DNA of 63,955 nt, filler included, from Octopus bimaculoides (Eukaryota): NCBI RefSeq assembly GCF_001194135.2. It is 7 parts of 4 records of this genome, joined end to end, with 100 filler letters (N's around TTAATTAATTAA, not from the genome) between each part and the next. Parts side by side here need not be neighbours in the genome. Positions count along the whole stretch, not along the records: positions 1 to 11,224 come from NC_068988.1; positions 11,325 to 13,396 come from NC_068983.1; 5 more parts are not named here. One strand, written 5' to 3'. Made by a program: the position numbers and the translations under genes. A model generated the notes under the pieces. That model did not search any database. It was not told where the DNA came from and saw nothing but the letters and a program-made list of their open reading frames with translations. Position 1 is the stretch's first letter, and the number at the start of each line of letters is the position of its first letter. Below, piece after piece: positions 1-11,325 of this stretch.

Positions 1-1207
1 AGTCATATACTACATGTATATTTATTCAATTATAATATTATTTTACACAATGCAACATCGCCTAGTGCGTAAGAAAGCTATCGTATTAGGTCTTCACATG
101 CTTCTTAGATTGTATGTGTATGCTTACGTATCTGTGTATATATATGTATGTGTATGTACGTATGTATATATATATATATATATATATATGCACATGTGTA
201 TTTAAAAGTTTTTCTAAGAAAACTATAAAAGCTTCTGTGTCCGTAAATATGTCTGATGCCTCACAAAAAAAAAAAAAGTAACTTGCCTTCTGTTTCTTGC
301 TCGAAATTGGTTATTATTTAACGATATCCAGTTTAGCAATAATTCTGTCTGTGTGTATGTCTTGGCTAAAGTTATCCAATAAAATATATCAACGTTAGTT
401 TTATATGTTTTATATGTCTTTCACGAATGTGTAACCAATAGAATTATCTAAATCTGTTCTAACACCAACATTTATCTCAATAGATTTTTCTACTCCAGGT
501 CGACATGACGTCATACAGACAAATTTATTGCTTCCGTTTTTTTTTTCTTTTTTATTTTGTTATTGTCACCAGCTGCATTTAGGATCGATTCTATAGGACA
601 TGTACTCAATTGATGCATTGTTCGTATCAGTTCAATAGACATAGACGTGTTTGGAGTATACTGGCAGAGATATGTGTCCTATTTGTTAATATGAGGAAAA
701 ACGTTTATGAAATCAACTGTATATTTGTTGGTATTGGCCATTTATTTTCCTTGATTGATTTGCACTCTTCTGATCACGTTACACCAGCCCTTTGTTACCA
801 GTTTATCATATTCGTTAGATTAGTAACATTCTTAGTATATTACCTCTTGCAATTTAGTCTCCTACTATCACTATCATTTCCTCATTCACCATACTTTCCT
901 TCATAATTTTTTTCCTCATTACAATTATATTTACTTTCATTCTTTTATGTGTTTCACTAATGGTAATACACTGTGACAGGATATTATCTTGACTGACATA
1001 GCCAAACAAACTGTCCTCAGTACTTAATTTTTAATACTATTAATCAAGCTGTCGACAACTTTGGGGCGGACGGTTAACTTACTGAAACAAGCAAATTAAC
1101 GTAGATTCTCAAGCAGTGAGAAACAAATGCGAGCACCAGCCTCAGATGGTACATACGAGTATACGCAGATACGCAGCCATACAGTCATGCACAGATCTAG
1201 TTGTCTT

Positions 1208-1257
<50 letters not shown>

Positions 1258-2065
1258 CAGACAGACACACAAACTGTCACATAGAAAGACATACATACAG
1301 AGAGACAGATAGATAGATACGATGAATTTCCACGCAGTTTGCATGCAACACATTCATCCGCATTTTATTGGTCCGCCTGAAGTTAAGGATCTAGTAGAAG
1401 ATATCTGCTCAAGGCTTTCGCAGTGGACCTGAAACTGCATCCATGTTCTGGGGGTATGTATTTTTAGCACACAACGATAATTATTCGTAAAGTTAACGAT
1501 GGAGCCATGCGTTCGTTATTTGTCCCCACTATCGCCACCACCAACAACTTCGTCTCCTCCCACATATATTCTATCTTTTCTTAGCCGCTCACATTTCAAT
1601 TAGGGAATCTGTAAGAAACTTTAGATATTTTCTTTACACACACACGCACACAGACACACATACACACACGTACATACGCATGCACACACGCACACGCATA
1701 AATACACACATATATGCATGCATGCATACACATTTACAAGCGTTAAATAGATGCTTTCAAAGAAATAAATATCACAAAAGTATGTCGCTTATGAGAAAAG
1801 AGACACACGTCATCGGAATAGAGGGTCTTAAATATCTTTAACACGAAGTGAAACACAATCGAAATATATATATTCGGCCTCGTTCTAAAAATATAAAATG
1901 CTAATCCTCTATTAAACCACCAAGTTGGCAAATAAATGCAGGAAAGGGGTATTGAATTACAACATTATTATCTTGTGAATTTTTATAAATAACTATATAT
2001 ACTTATTTCGTTTTGGGATTTGGTTTGCAAGATTTTTTATGTGATTTCGTGTGTTGAAGCATACT

Positions 2066-2410
<345 letters not shown>

Positions 2411-3562
2411 TATATATACTTAATTCTATCACAAACTTTGCCGAAAGTAAACTGAAAACAAAAAAAAAAGCTTTCATATATATTAATTGTTATACTAATT
2501 AGGGAAAAGCAAAGAAGTGAACTGTTGATCACATTTTGGTCAGTCCATCTGCAACTATTAGCAACGAAAGCTCTTTAATATTATAACCTGCTGTCGTGAG
2601 GACGGGGAGGTACATTGGGTTTTATAGTCGTAAAAACGCTAAAGAGGGTAATTAAAGGGGGGATAATCGTACATAAACCGCTTTTCGCATTGACAGTTTA
2701 TTAAGCCAAAGGAAAACTCAAATGAATGAAAAATTAAATTTGCCCGATACACGATGGAAGTATAAACCGAATATCATAGCATATATATATATNNNNNNNN
2801 NNNNNNNNNNNNNNNNNNNNNNNNNNNNNNNNNNNNNNNNNNNNNNNNNNNNNNNNNNNNNNNNNNNNNNNNNNNNNNNNNNNNNNNNNNNNNNNNNNNN
2901 NNNNNNNNNNNNNNNNNNNNNNNNNNNNNNNNNNNNNNNNNNNNNNNNNNNNNNNNNNNNNNNNNNNNNNNNNNNNNNNNNNNNNNNNNNNNNNNNNNNN
3001 NNNNNNNNNNNNNNNNNNNNNNNNNNNNNNNNNNNNNNNNNNNNNNNNNNNNNNNNNNNNNNNNNNNNNNNNNNNNNNNNNNNNNNNNNNNNNNNNNNNN
3101 NNNNNNNNNNNATATATATATATATATGTATGTATGTATATGTGTACGTGTGTGTGTATGTGAGGGTGTACGAGTGTGGTGTGAGTGTGCGTGAGTGTAT
3201 GTGTGTGTACGTTTGTGTGTGTTTGTGTACGTGTGAGAGTGTGTTTCTGTATGTGTGCGAGCGCGTGTGTGTAAACCCCAGTGTGTATGCGTGGGTGTGT
3301 ATGTATGTATGTATGTATGTATGTATGTAGGTGTGTGTCTGTGCAGGGTGTTTTCCTGAAGTGTTGAGATTTCTTTCGGGGAGGCAGTTATAACTGTCCT
3401 TAATTATTGTATTTTCAGTATATATATAATTACTATATATCTCCGTTTATCTAATAAGCTGACCTGCCAACCTTTGTTATTGCAGATTGAAAGAGATGGC
3501 TGTAATAACACTTTCAAAGCACCCTCCTAAACACTACTTACCAGAGGTGATTAATTTTCAGA

Positions 3563-3770
3563 TTACAGTCTGGAAGTGAAGACAATTTGGAAGCTCGCTA
3601 TGCAATAAAATTTTGTGTTGAACTTAACGAAAATGCTACAGGAACATCTAATATATATTTTTATTGATTAACGTGTATGAGCCGATCATCTTAGTCCACC
3701 GAGATGCTCATGCTGCTCATCTTTTTCGACACCAATGATATCATGTTGATACCAGTTTGAATATGCTAAG
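3563..3770 (+). mobile_element. Decayed mariner-like transposase N-terminal remnant
   Basis: 3563-3646 translates LQSGSEDNLEARYAIKFCVELNENATGT, resembling the mariner N-terminus (RYxIKFCxxLxxxATET). Downstream sequence is heavily decayed. Confidence 0.5.
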
Positions 3771-4144
3771 AGCACGTTCGGAGTTGTAAACAACCTATTC
3801 ACCCTCTCGCTGTAGACTTATGTTGACAGCAGCCCGCAGTGCCTCCTCTCCAGATTCTTGATAGGTGGCGCTACTATCTGATTTGGGTGTATTTTACACT
3901 ATATATCTACAGCGAGAAATATTGTCCATTACAAAACACAGTGAAAGGCTTGTTTACAAGATCGAGCGTAACCTTTGCATATTCGAAATGGTATTAACAT
4001 TGCACTTCTACGTATCATCGCTTAGCACACTCATCAGAGATTATAGTTTTGTACTTCATTGAAATTGATAGATGTCTCTTCTCAAAACTTCTGGAATTGA
4101 CCGTGAAAAACACAAAAATATATATGTGTACATATGTGTGTGTG

Positions 4145-4186
<42 letters not shown>

Positions 4187-4329
4187 TGTGTGTGTGTGTC
4201 AGATCAACGCAAAAGCTTGCATGTGAAATTAACATGCAAGTGCCTAAGCACTCCAAAAACACATATAAATTTAATGTAGTCCTCGGAGAGATTTAGCGTG
4301 ATGAGGCTCATCGTTTGAAATACAGGTAA

Positions 4330-4440
4330 TGACCATTTTTATCAACAGAGTTGATTGGGGTAACGTGTGTTGCTTAAGGACACAACGCGTCGCCGGCAAT
4401 TGATCTCACATCCTTACGATCATAAGCCGAATACCCTATC
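4330..4440 (-). mobile_element. tRNA-derived SINE fragment (family C), truncated by N gap
   Basis: TGCTTAAGGACACAAC...GATCTCACATCCTTACGATCATAAGCCGAATACCCT is the reverse complement of a tRNA-like head. Similar to 63290-63452. Confidence 0.55.
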
Positions 4441-4519
4441 NNNNNNNNNNNNNNNNNNNNNNNNNNNNNNNNNNNNNNNNNNNNNNNNNNNNNNNNTGTG
4501 TGTGTGTGTGTGTGTGTGT

Positions 4520-5280
4520 GTGTTTTGCAATATTTTTGATGTGAAATATTGTGTTGAAACAGATGTTGTTGTACTTAGGGATAGTCATATTGCCAGTTTA
4601 GCCGATAAAAACACACGCACTGTTTATTTGGTGTTAATTTGATTCAGCTTTATATTTCATTATATTACATTAATCCTATTTCGGCCAGAGTTCTTTCGTC
4701 ACACTTCTGTGACGTCATCAGTGGTCCTTTGCTTTCTTCTTTCTTATGTATGTCTCACCTTGCTAACTATCAGCCATTTTGTATTTTGTGATTAATCCAA
4801 GTGCAGCGTTTGCATATAACTAGAACATGTATGTATAGATGTGTGTGTGTGTTTAGGTGTGTACCTGTTTGGGTGTATGAGAGTTCTAATGTTTATTCTT
4901 TCGTTTTACTTTTGTTTGCATTTATTGATTGGTTGCTCTTTATGTTGGCTTCTTCATTGGGTTTTTTTTTTAATCTATATTCCTTCTAATTTGGAATTTG
5001 TACTTTTGGTAATAATAAGAGTTGACGGCGTGGTCTATTGAATTCTGTAGAGCTTATTAGTTAGGTGGAGGAAGCGTCTGATTTCTGCCTGTGTGTAATG
5101 TTGTAAAGGTTGCTTTGAGAAAGGTGTTTTATAAATGGAGTTATTTGTAAAACTAATTAAGGATGTGCGTTTTGTGAGGAGCCAAATCCCTAACGAATGG
5201 TAGTATTCACAACTGACTGATTTTGGGAGATTGTTTAGTGAATAAATAAAGCTTCATATTCTTTTATATTCCTTTGCAGT
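4520..5280 (-). mobile_element. Putative Penelope-like terminal (pLTR-type) repeat remnant containing a hammerhead motif
   Basis: Contains CTGATGA...CGAAA at 4721-4694 (minus). 4520-4630 is homologous to 15360-15480 (opposite orientation) and more distantly to 2020-2127. No recognisable ORF, so the PLE assignment is inference. Confidence 0.4.
4683..4727 (-). ncRNA. Minimal type-I hammerhead ribozyme candidate
   Basis: Minus strand reads GGACCA CTGATGA C GTCAC agaagt GTGAC GAAA G AA C TC|TGGCC. Intact core, 5-bp stem II, 2-bp stem III, CUC triplet, and stem I of 3 bp plus one pair after a mismatch. Confidence 0.5.
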
Positions 5281-6720
5281 TTTAAGTGTTCTATCGTTTT
5301 TTCTCGTCTTTTTTCTTTTTTTTTTTCCATTCGAAAAGCGTAGAATGATGAATTTGCGAGTGAGGTGTTTCGCTCTTTTTATGTTGTGCGTATTCGACTG
5401 ATATCATAGTGTCAGTGAGTGAAAATGAATCAACAGAGAATTTAAAGTTAAGTCCTGCAACAATTTGTATTGAGAAATGACTACAGAGTGAGAATAGAAT
5501 GAAAAACGAGGTAATAAATTATTCGTTACTTCGCCAAGATGAACCATTCAACAAAAGTGAAATGTTTGACTTCTTCAAAGATATTACCTTTCCCAATTTC
5601 ACACATTTCTTCTGGCAAAATTCCAAAGTCTCGCTTAGTTATAATGAATCCACAACTGAAGTAAAATTCTATTAGTTTCGAGATGATTTCTGTTATGCTG
5701 TTCATGCAGTTAGATATTATATCTCGAGGGACGAACATTTTGGTACATATACTTCCCAGTCACTTTATGTTATTATTATTATCATGATTGTTATTACTAG
5801 TATCGTTATATCTTCAGCATTCTCATTATATGATATTCTGTTTCAGTTTTCCCCCCACACTCTCGTATCCCGCGAAATTTTAGAATAGCGATTTATCTCC
5901 CCTTTTGTTCTTTCTTTTGTTTATTCTTTGTTAAATTGACATTCACTGGCTCACAGAATCACGCATGCAAGCTCAACTAGGTGATATCCTCGAACACTTA
6001 CTGATTCAAAATTAGAACACACACATTAGACCGTAGCTAAAGAACGCAAAAGCATTTTATACGTTGTCCTTACAGGCCACAACTTAATTACACGTAAGGA
6101 AGAAAGTTGTTTCTTTTCATTACTGGCGCGATTTTAATTCGTTAATCTTTTATTATTCAAAACATTAAATAAAATGCGCCCCACTTATCTAGATATTCCG
6201 CGTACGAAAATCAAACCCTGGAATTTAAAAATTTCTCGTGTAAATACTTATGAACGAATCTGCGTAAACTCAGTGATTTTAAGGTCTGATGAGTACGATT
6301 ATAACTATGCTTCACTGAGAAAGTACACTTAGTCCAAAACATGTTCTGAGATTTTCCCTGCATATCAAGCATGCGACTTCATATCCTACTGCATTCTTCC
6401 AATTTATTTTTAAACAGTTGGGAATTTGTAGTTGTTTCTCTCAACTTTCACTAAAAGTAATATGAAAATTAAGAATTAAGAATCTGATCATTACCGATAA
6501 TTTTTCCAGTGATTAAAAGTTTCTTCCTTACGATAATAATGACGATCACCTCCTAATTGCTTTTCATGTTGAACACATCATAGTAAATTTACATATATCG
6601 ATAAAAAGAGAAAGATACCGCCATTTGAGGTAAATAAACTACGTTAGAATAAATATCTACTTCGAAGAGAGAGAGAGAATGTGTGTGTGTGTGATAGAGA
6701 GAGAGAGAGGGGGAGAGAGA

Positions 6721-6766
<46 letters not shown>

Positions 6767-7660
6767 GTGAGAGAGAGCGAGAGAGAGAGAAAACACGGAC
6801 ACCTTTCAACTAGTATCTAAAACAGATTATAACTTTTAGTGCAGAAATAAAGCAAGGAAGAAAATGTCTACTGTGATAAAAATTTTATTCTAAGACGAAC
6901 ATGTGGGTATTTTTGTGAAGTGATATAACATGAACTGCAGTCTAATTCTGTTCACTTTCTCAAGGAAATTCAAATAACCATTTCACGCATCTCTTTTTTT
7001 TGCATTATCACCTTCCTTCCACGATTATAAAATGATTAACTCTTACAAAAATGTTCTTTTGTTTTTTTTGTTTTGTTTTTTTGTTCCTTTAGAAAGTAAA
7101 GTGGAAATTCGAGTGCCACCCAGCATCATCAATTAAGGCAAAACTCTCTCAGATTGGTTCGTCATGCATGTTGACACGTTGTCTTCATTCTACAATTTTA
7201 CATGTAATATATTTAAGATATTTAAGAAAATTTTGTACATAAAACATTTCAAGTCACGGACCAGTTCGCAATTATTATTCCTTCTTTCTCCCTCCGTCTT
7301 GCCCCATCTCACTCTCTCCTTTAATGAAGTAATTGGCTGAAGTAGTTTAATCGCCACAGACAATGTTCAGATACTTTTCATTTTATCTTCCTTGTACCTG
7401 CACCCAGACCCTCAGAGTCAGTTCAGAAGTTTAGCCAATGGTAAATTTTACAACACATTTAGATTTTATTTACCATCTCTCCATTTTCATTTTGAAAAAT
7501 GTTGTAATCCGACATTTTTTTTATTGCAAACAAGACATCATGCGCAGGACTTGCTCTGAGGTAAGAAGCTTGCTGTTCTATATTTGAGAGATGAGGTATT
7601 ATGTATATTACTTACATTATTTACATTTGTTGGATATTTGTCCTCATCTTGTTTGTTTTT

Positions 7661-7706
7661 AACACAACGTTTCGGCTGATATACTCTTCAGCCTTCATCA
7701 TGTGTC
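7661..7706 (-). ncRNA. Minimal type-I hammerhead ribozyme motif, this copy with C3>A core change
   Basis: Minus strand reads GACAC aTGATGA A GGCTGA agagtata TCAGCC GAAA CG TT|GTGTT. Stem I GACAC/GTGTT, perfect 6-bp stem II, palindromic ACGT stem III, GUU triplet. Confidence 0.7.
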
Positions 7707-7763
7707 TTGGGGAAACCTGGCTTCTCATTCCTAAGGTATTTTTCGATATTGTTGTTGTTGTTG

Positions 7764-7807
<44 letters not shown>

Positions 7808-7811
<4 letters not shown>

Positions 7812-7882
7812 TCACTGCCTGGAATCGAACACGAAATCTTGAGGTTAGCAGCCCACGCTCTTAACCAATACGCCATATGCCC
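7808..7882 (-). promoter_or_regulatory. tRNA-derived Pol III internal promoter head (SINE head, not a functional tRNA)
   Basis: A box TGGCGTATTGG (7875-7865) and B box GTTCGATTCC (7830-7821). No complete acceptor stem. Confidence 0.7.
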
Positions 7883-7943
7883 ACGTTGTGTTGACAACAA
7901 ACAAGATTAGGACAAATACCCATCAAATTTAAATAATATAAAA

Positions 7944-8340
7944 AAGCTTGCTTCCCAACCAAATGGTTGCCATGGTTTCCAACCACATACTCCCAGGCCT
8001 ACTGCATGGCACCTTGAGTGTCTTCTTCTATAGACTCGAGCCGATTAAATACTTCAGAGTGGATTTGGTAGACAGAAACGGAAGGAAACCCGTTGTATTT
8101 ATATGGCAGGGCGGGTATGTGTGTATGTGTGCCTTTGTTTCTATGTCTATCCACCCATAAACACATGATAGACTGTATTGTTATGTCTACGACCTCGTAT
8201 CTTGGCGGATTGTTAAATGTGACGGATAGAAAAAGTATCAGGCTTAACAAAATTAACTGCTGGAATCGATTCCTTTTACTAGAAATTCTTCTTGGCGGTG
8301 CCTCAGCATGGCCGCAGTCTAATGAATGAAACAAGTAAAA
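7944..8340 (+). mobile_element. tRNA-derived SINE family B, degenerate copy
   Basis: Has the GCTTCCCAACC head, GGATTTGGTAGAC.GAAAC core, internal TG-rich tract and CAGCATGGCCGCAGTC tail shared with 41680, 46712 and 23270 copies. Confidence 0.7.
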
Positions 8341-9141
8341 TATCAAAAATAATAAATGGAGAAAAAGCATTTTTCTCAAAAACATAAGAAATAACTATAG
8401 ACTTCTTTAAATGTTTTAAATAATGAAATAATGTAAATGTAATAGAATATTCTGAATATTTTACTATCTTTTGTCACATTGCTTTGGCTGCCCCAGTAAC
8501 AACGCAGAATACTGCTTTCGGTATCAGATATAACTGCTGTTAATAAGAAAAATATAGGGAAAGTATTTATATTTTGGAGTCATTATTTTTTGATTTGATT
8601 TCATACAGACACTCACAAACATACATACACATGAACACACATATACTCGTGTTTGTATGAGTGTGTACATATATACACGCACATGTATGTATGTATATAT
8701 GCATGTATGTATATATATCAATACATATGTATAAATACATACATAGATACATGCATACATACATAAATATATATATATATATTTATGTATGTATGTATGT
8801 ATGTATGTATGTATGTATGTATGATTATGTATATGAATATACACACACATATATATATATATACACACACACAGGCACACACACACACTTATGCATATCT
8901 AAACTAACATTGTCACTGATCTAATTTTCTAAAATTATTGCATTAGAGAGTTGCTTGATATTTTTTTTAATATTATTTGAAATTAAAGTAAATACAAAAT
9001 GAGAAAACAATCATTACTTTTAATGATAATTACTTTAGATGTTAGCCTAGAACTACGAAATTAAATGTGTGTGTGTGCATATAATACGTATTGTCGTATA
9101 AAATATATACTTGATATATATGTATAATGTTCATATATATA

Positions 9142-10483
9142 CATTGGCTCATACAATAATTATTTTACATTTTCATAAACTTAACGTCGGAGGGGTAAGG
9201 GATAATCTTTGTACATCAACTTGTTATAAAAGCAGGTATTAATGTCTTGTCTCATTCTTAGTGCAAGTTGGAAGAGTGCAATTCGGTTTTGACATTTATT
9301 TTTTCAAAACTATAATGGAAGTGACGAAGAAATATATTCAGCATACTTTGCTTTATGAGTTCAATAAAGGCAACATCGCAACAGAAAATGCGAGGAATAT
9401 TAATGCAGTATATGGAGATCGGACAATAAGCGTAAGCCAGTTTCAACGGAGGTTCCAGACATTCTAAGCCGGTAACTACAGCCTAGAAGATGAATCTCGT
9501 CCTGATAGATTTGTAGAGCACGACGAGGACGTCCTGCAAATCCTAGTAGAAGAAAATATTATCGTAACTGTTGAGGAACTAGCAGAGAAGATTGGATTTG
9601 ATCATTCAACCATTCATCGAGACGTGCGTGCCATCTGAAAAGTCCGCAAATTGAGTCTATAGGTTCTTCACAACCTTTGCGAGGCTAATCGCGCGCAGAG
9701 GGAGTATGTGTGCTTTTCCTTGCTGTCATATCACACGAATGAAGCTTTTGGGGACCGAATAGTGACAGGTGACAATAAATGGGTTCTCTTTTAAAATGTT
9801 AAGCGCCGAAGACAGTGTGTAGGGAAAGGAGAAACACCAGTATCCCAGGCTAGAGAAGGTCTTCACCTACAAAGGGTGTTGTTATCTGTTTGGTGGGATA
9901 TGAAAGGTTTAGTCCTTTTGTCCAGTTTAAACTTTTAAACCCAAACCAAAGGATAACAAAGTAGATCTACTGCGAGAAGCTTAGGCAGCTTTAGTCAGTG
10001 CTACAAGAAAAACGACAATCTTTGGTTTCAAAACGAAAGGTGTTCTTCCATCAGGATAATTTGCGGCCACATACACCGAGGATGACATTCTCAAGGCTGG
10101 AGCAGTTTGAATGGGAAACGATGCCCCACCCACCATCTTCGCTGGGCATTTCCCCACCCACTATCGTCGCCGGACATCCCCCCCCGCCCAAACATCTTCA
10201 CCGGACATTGTCCCGCCTGATTATCATTTTTTCAGCAGTTTTCAAAATCATTTGACACAGAAGAAACATGAAGTCTGTAGACGAGGTCAGAACAGTACTG
10301 GAAGAGTATTTTTTCGTCACGGACCAATGAATTTTGGAAGAGGGGCATTGCAAGTCAACCAGACAGGTAGAAGAGCATTGTAAAAAATGAAGGAGAGTAT
10401 ATTTTGGATTAAAAAAGAAATTTATTTAATTAATTTTGAAAAAAAATATTTAAAAAGCGCATTATTTATGGGATGACACAATG
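9142..10483 (+). mobile_element. Near full-length decayed mariner (D,D34D) transposon
   Basis: Broken frame from ATG 9315: MEVTKKYIQHTLLYEFNKG...IVTGDNKWVLF...SVWWDMKG...FFHQDNLRPH...SPDIVPPDYHFF, with several stops and frameshifts. Degenerate TIR-like ends near 9142 and 10455-10483. Confidence 0.92.
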
Positions 10484-10585
10484 TTGATGTATATGTGTAT
10501 ATATATATAGATAAATGTGTGTGTGTGTATATATATGTGTGCGTGTGTGTGTGTATGTGTGTGTGTGTGTGCGTGCGTGCGTGTG

Positions 10586-10616
<31 letters not shown>

Positions 10617-10683
10617 ACACACCGGTACGGAATACCGACAATTCAGCCCCTGACAACTCAGCTCCGAAAATTCACCACCGATG

Positions 10684-10821
10684 GGCTACTTTCAGCTTCT
10701 GTCTACTAAATGAACTCACAAGCCTTTGGTCGGCCCGAGGCTATAGTAGAAGACACCTACACAAGGTGCCACGCAGTGGGATTGACCCAGAACCATGTGG
10801 TTGGTAAGCAAGTTACTTACC
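10684..10821 (-). mobile_element. SINE family B, 5' half
   Basis: Reverse complement of GGTAAGTAACTTGCTTACCAACCACATGGTTCTGGGTCAATCCCACTGCGTGGCACCTTG...CTATAGCCTCGGGCCGACCAAAGGC. Confidence 0.8.
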
Positions 10822-11224
10822 ATTATATTGGTGTTGGTGAAGCATTCAAAATATGAAAGCACACATTCCACCATAAAAGAATAGGTCTTCATCCGCATAT
10901 TCCGCCATAAAAATAATAGGTCTTCATCTACCATCTCATTAAACTCTAAAAATAGGAATGAATGAATATGATTTAGCATTTTTAATTCTTTTTTGTATTT
11001 TTATCTTTACATGTTTTAAAATAAATATTTAGCTTTTATATACATATATAATGAATGTATTTTAGCATTTTAAAATTCTTTTCGTATTTTTTATCTTTAC
11101 ATATTTTAAAATAAATAATTAAAATTCTTCCTCTTTCTTTTCAATTCCCAAAATAGCTTTTACCTAAGTTCAGTATGATGCTCTGCGCTGAATTATCTAG
11201 CGCGGTCGTGTCACGCACCGATAT

Positions 11225-11324
11225 NNNNNNNNNNNNNNNNNNNNNNNNNNNNNNNNNNNNNNNNNNNNTTAATTAATTAANNNNNNNNNNNNNNNNNNNN
11301 NNNNNNNNNNNNNNNNNNNNNNNN
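11225..11324. other. Artificial scaffold join N44-TTAATTAATTAA-N44 (12-mer also at 13441, 20830, 30296, 60516, 62781)
   Basis: The identical 12-mer sits in the middle of a roughly 100-bp N block six times and has stops in all six frames. Confidence 0.95.
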
Positions 11325-11325
11325 A

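Larger units (their letters stand above)
7616..7937 (-). mobile_element. Composite non-autonomous element: tRNA-like head + (AAT)n + hammerhead tail, flanked by 55-bp inverted repeats
   Basis: Head 7882-7808 with A and B boxes, microsatellite about 7750-7807, hammerhead 7706-7661. 7883-7937 (+) matches 7670-7616 (-) at 49/55. Confidence 0.75.

Noticed and set aside
5499-5890. Plus frame MKNEV...KFY*FRDD...YVIIIIMIVITSIVISS resembling a glycosylated membrane protein
   Set aside because: It has an in-frame TAG at 5673, and the hydrophobic stretch derives from ATT-rich low-complexity DNA. No family recognised.
6286-6292. CTGATGA motif; similar hits near 52796, 53538 and 55020
   Set aside because: None has a stem II-GAAA-stem III-UH arrangement with a pairing stem I.
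7808-7882. Possible tRNA gene with a GCT anticodon-like loop
   Set aside because: The acceptor stem is incomplete and it runs into a microsatellite; interpreted as a SINE head.
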